Shown here: one piece after another, positions 63,558 to 64,000 of the stretch
Numbering within the stretch: the first letter of the stretch is position 1
How the letters are laid out: every line of letters begins with the position of its first letter
Origin: Takakia lepidozioides
Lineage: Eukaryota > Plantae > Bryophyta
Direction of reading: 5' to 3'
Length of the DNA stretch: 64,000 nucleotides
Assembly: GCA_030704615.1 (NCBI GenBank)
Contig: CM060734.1
Span: 38,564,001-38,628,000, forward strand
The notes under the pieces: model-generated
The model's database searches: none
What the model was told of the DNA's origin: nothing
Seen by the model: the letters and a program-made list of their open reading frames with translations, nothing else
Program-made: the position numbers and the translations under genes

Positions 63558-64000
63558 ACGCAGCTGTGGTTCGTCCCCCTTGAGTCATGCTTCTGGTTTT
63601 GGAGGGTAGTTCATGTTTGCTGCCTGTCTGGACACGCTTACTTCCATTGGGCAAATCAAAACCCTTCACAACTGAGTGCGTTGACGCGCTCAATTTCAGA
63701 CGGTCTGGTACCGGATGTTTTGTCTGTCCTTCCATTGAGATTAGCTTCCGGTTTGGGGGGGGGGGGGGGGATTCCTCTTTCGGTGTCTGTATGGACATGC
63801 CCATTGGCAGCCAAGAATGGTGGAATGGTGTCAACAGCTTATATCTGACGAAGGGGGACTGTTCGGGACAAATGGTAATCTTCCACTCCGATAAAGGGTA
63901 GCATTCTTCTCTTGTCTGCTTCATTTTATTTTTCTGTTCACCCATCCACTCAAAGGGGTGAAGTTGCACTGTTCTTTTGCCCTTTTGTATGCATTCGCTC

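Overview
Eukaryotic nuclear DNA from a land plant, most likely a non-seed plant. That host assignment is an inference from a Tcn1-type chromovirus, a Replitron relic and an MFT-type PEBP gene. Three intron-containing host genes are present: (i) a plastid-targeted membrane-protein gene on the minus strand (ATG 1871, running off the left edge); (ii) a divergently transcribed MFT-like PEBP gene (+, 2620-6530, 5 exons); (iii) a complete 30-exon DEK1 phytocalpain (-, 33271-16388). The rest is transposon-rich. A piggyBac-like relic (8031-13927) contains a Replitron HUH relic and a fold-back chromovirus fragment. A full-length Tcn1-like chromovirus (44468-50842) has a TSD, an apparent self-priming site and an extra ORF with its own TATA box. 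The most striking item is a decayed Ty3/gypsy element (about 52695-60130, minus strand). Its pol carries a DNMT3-like C5 cytosine methyltransferase between protease and RT, and its integrase ends in a PHD finger, so it combines a chromatin writer and a chromatin reader. All calls were made by eye from the sequence and ORF track; no database searches were run.
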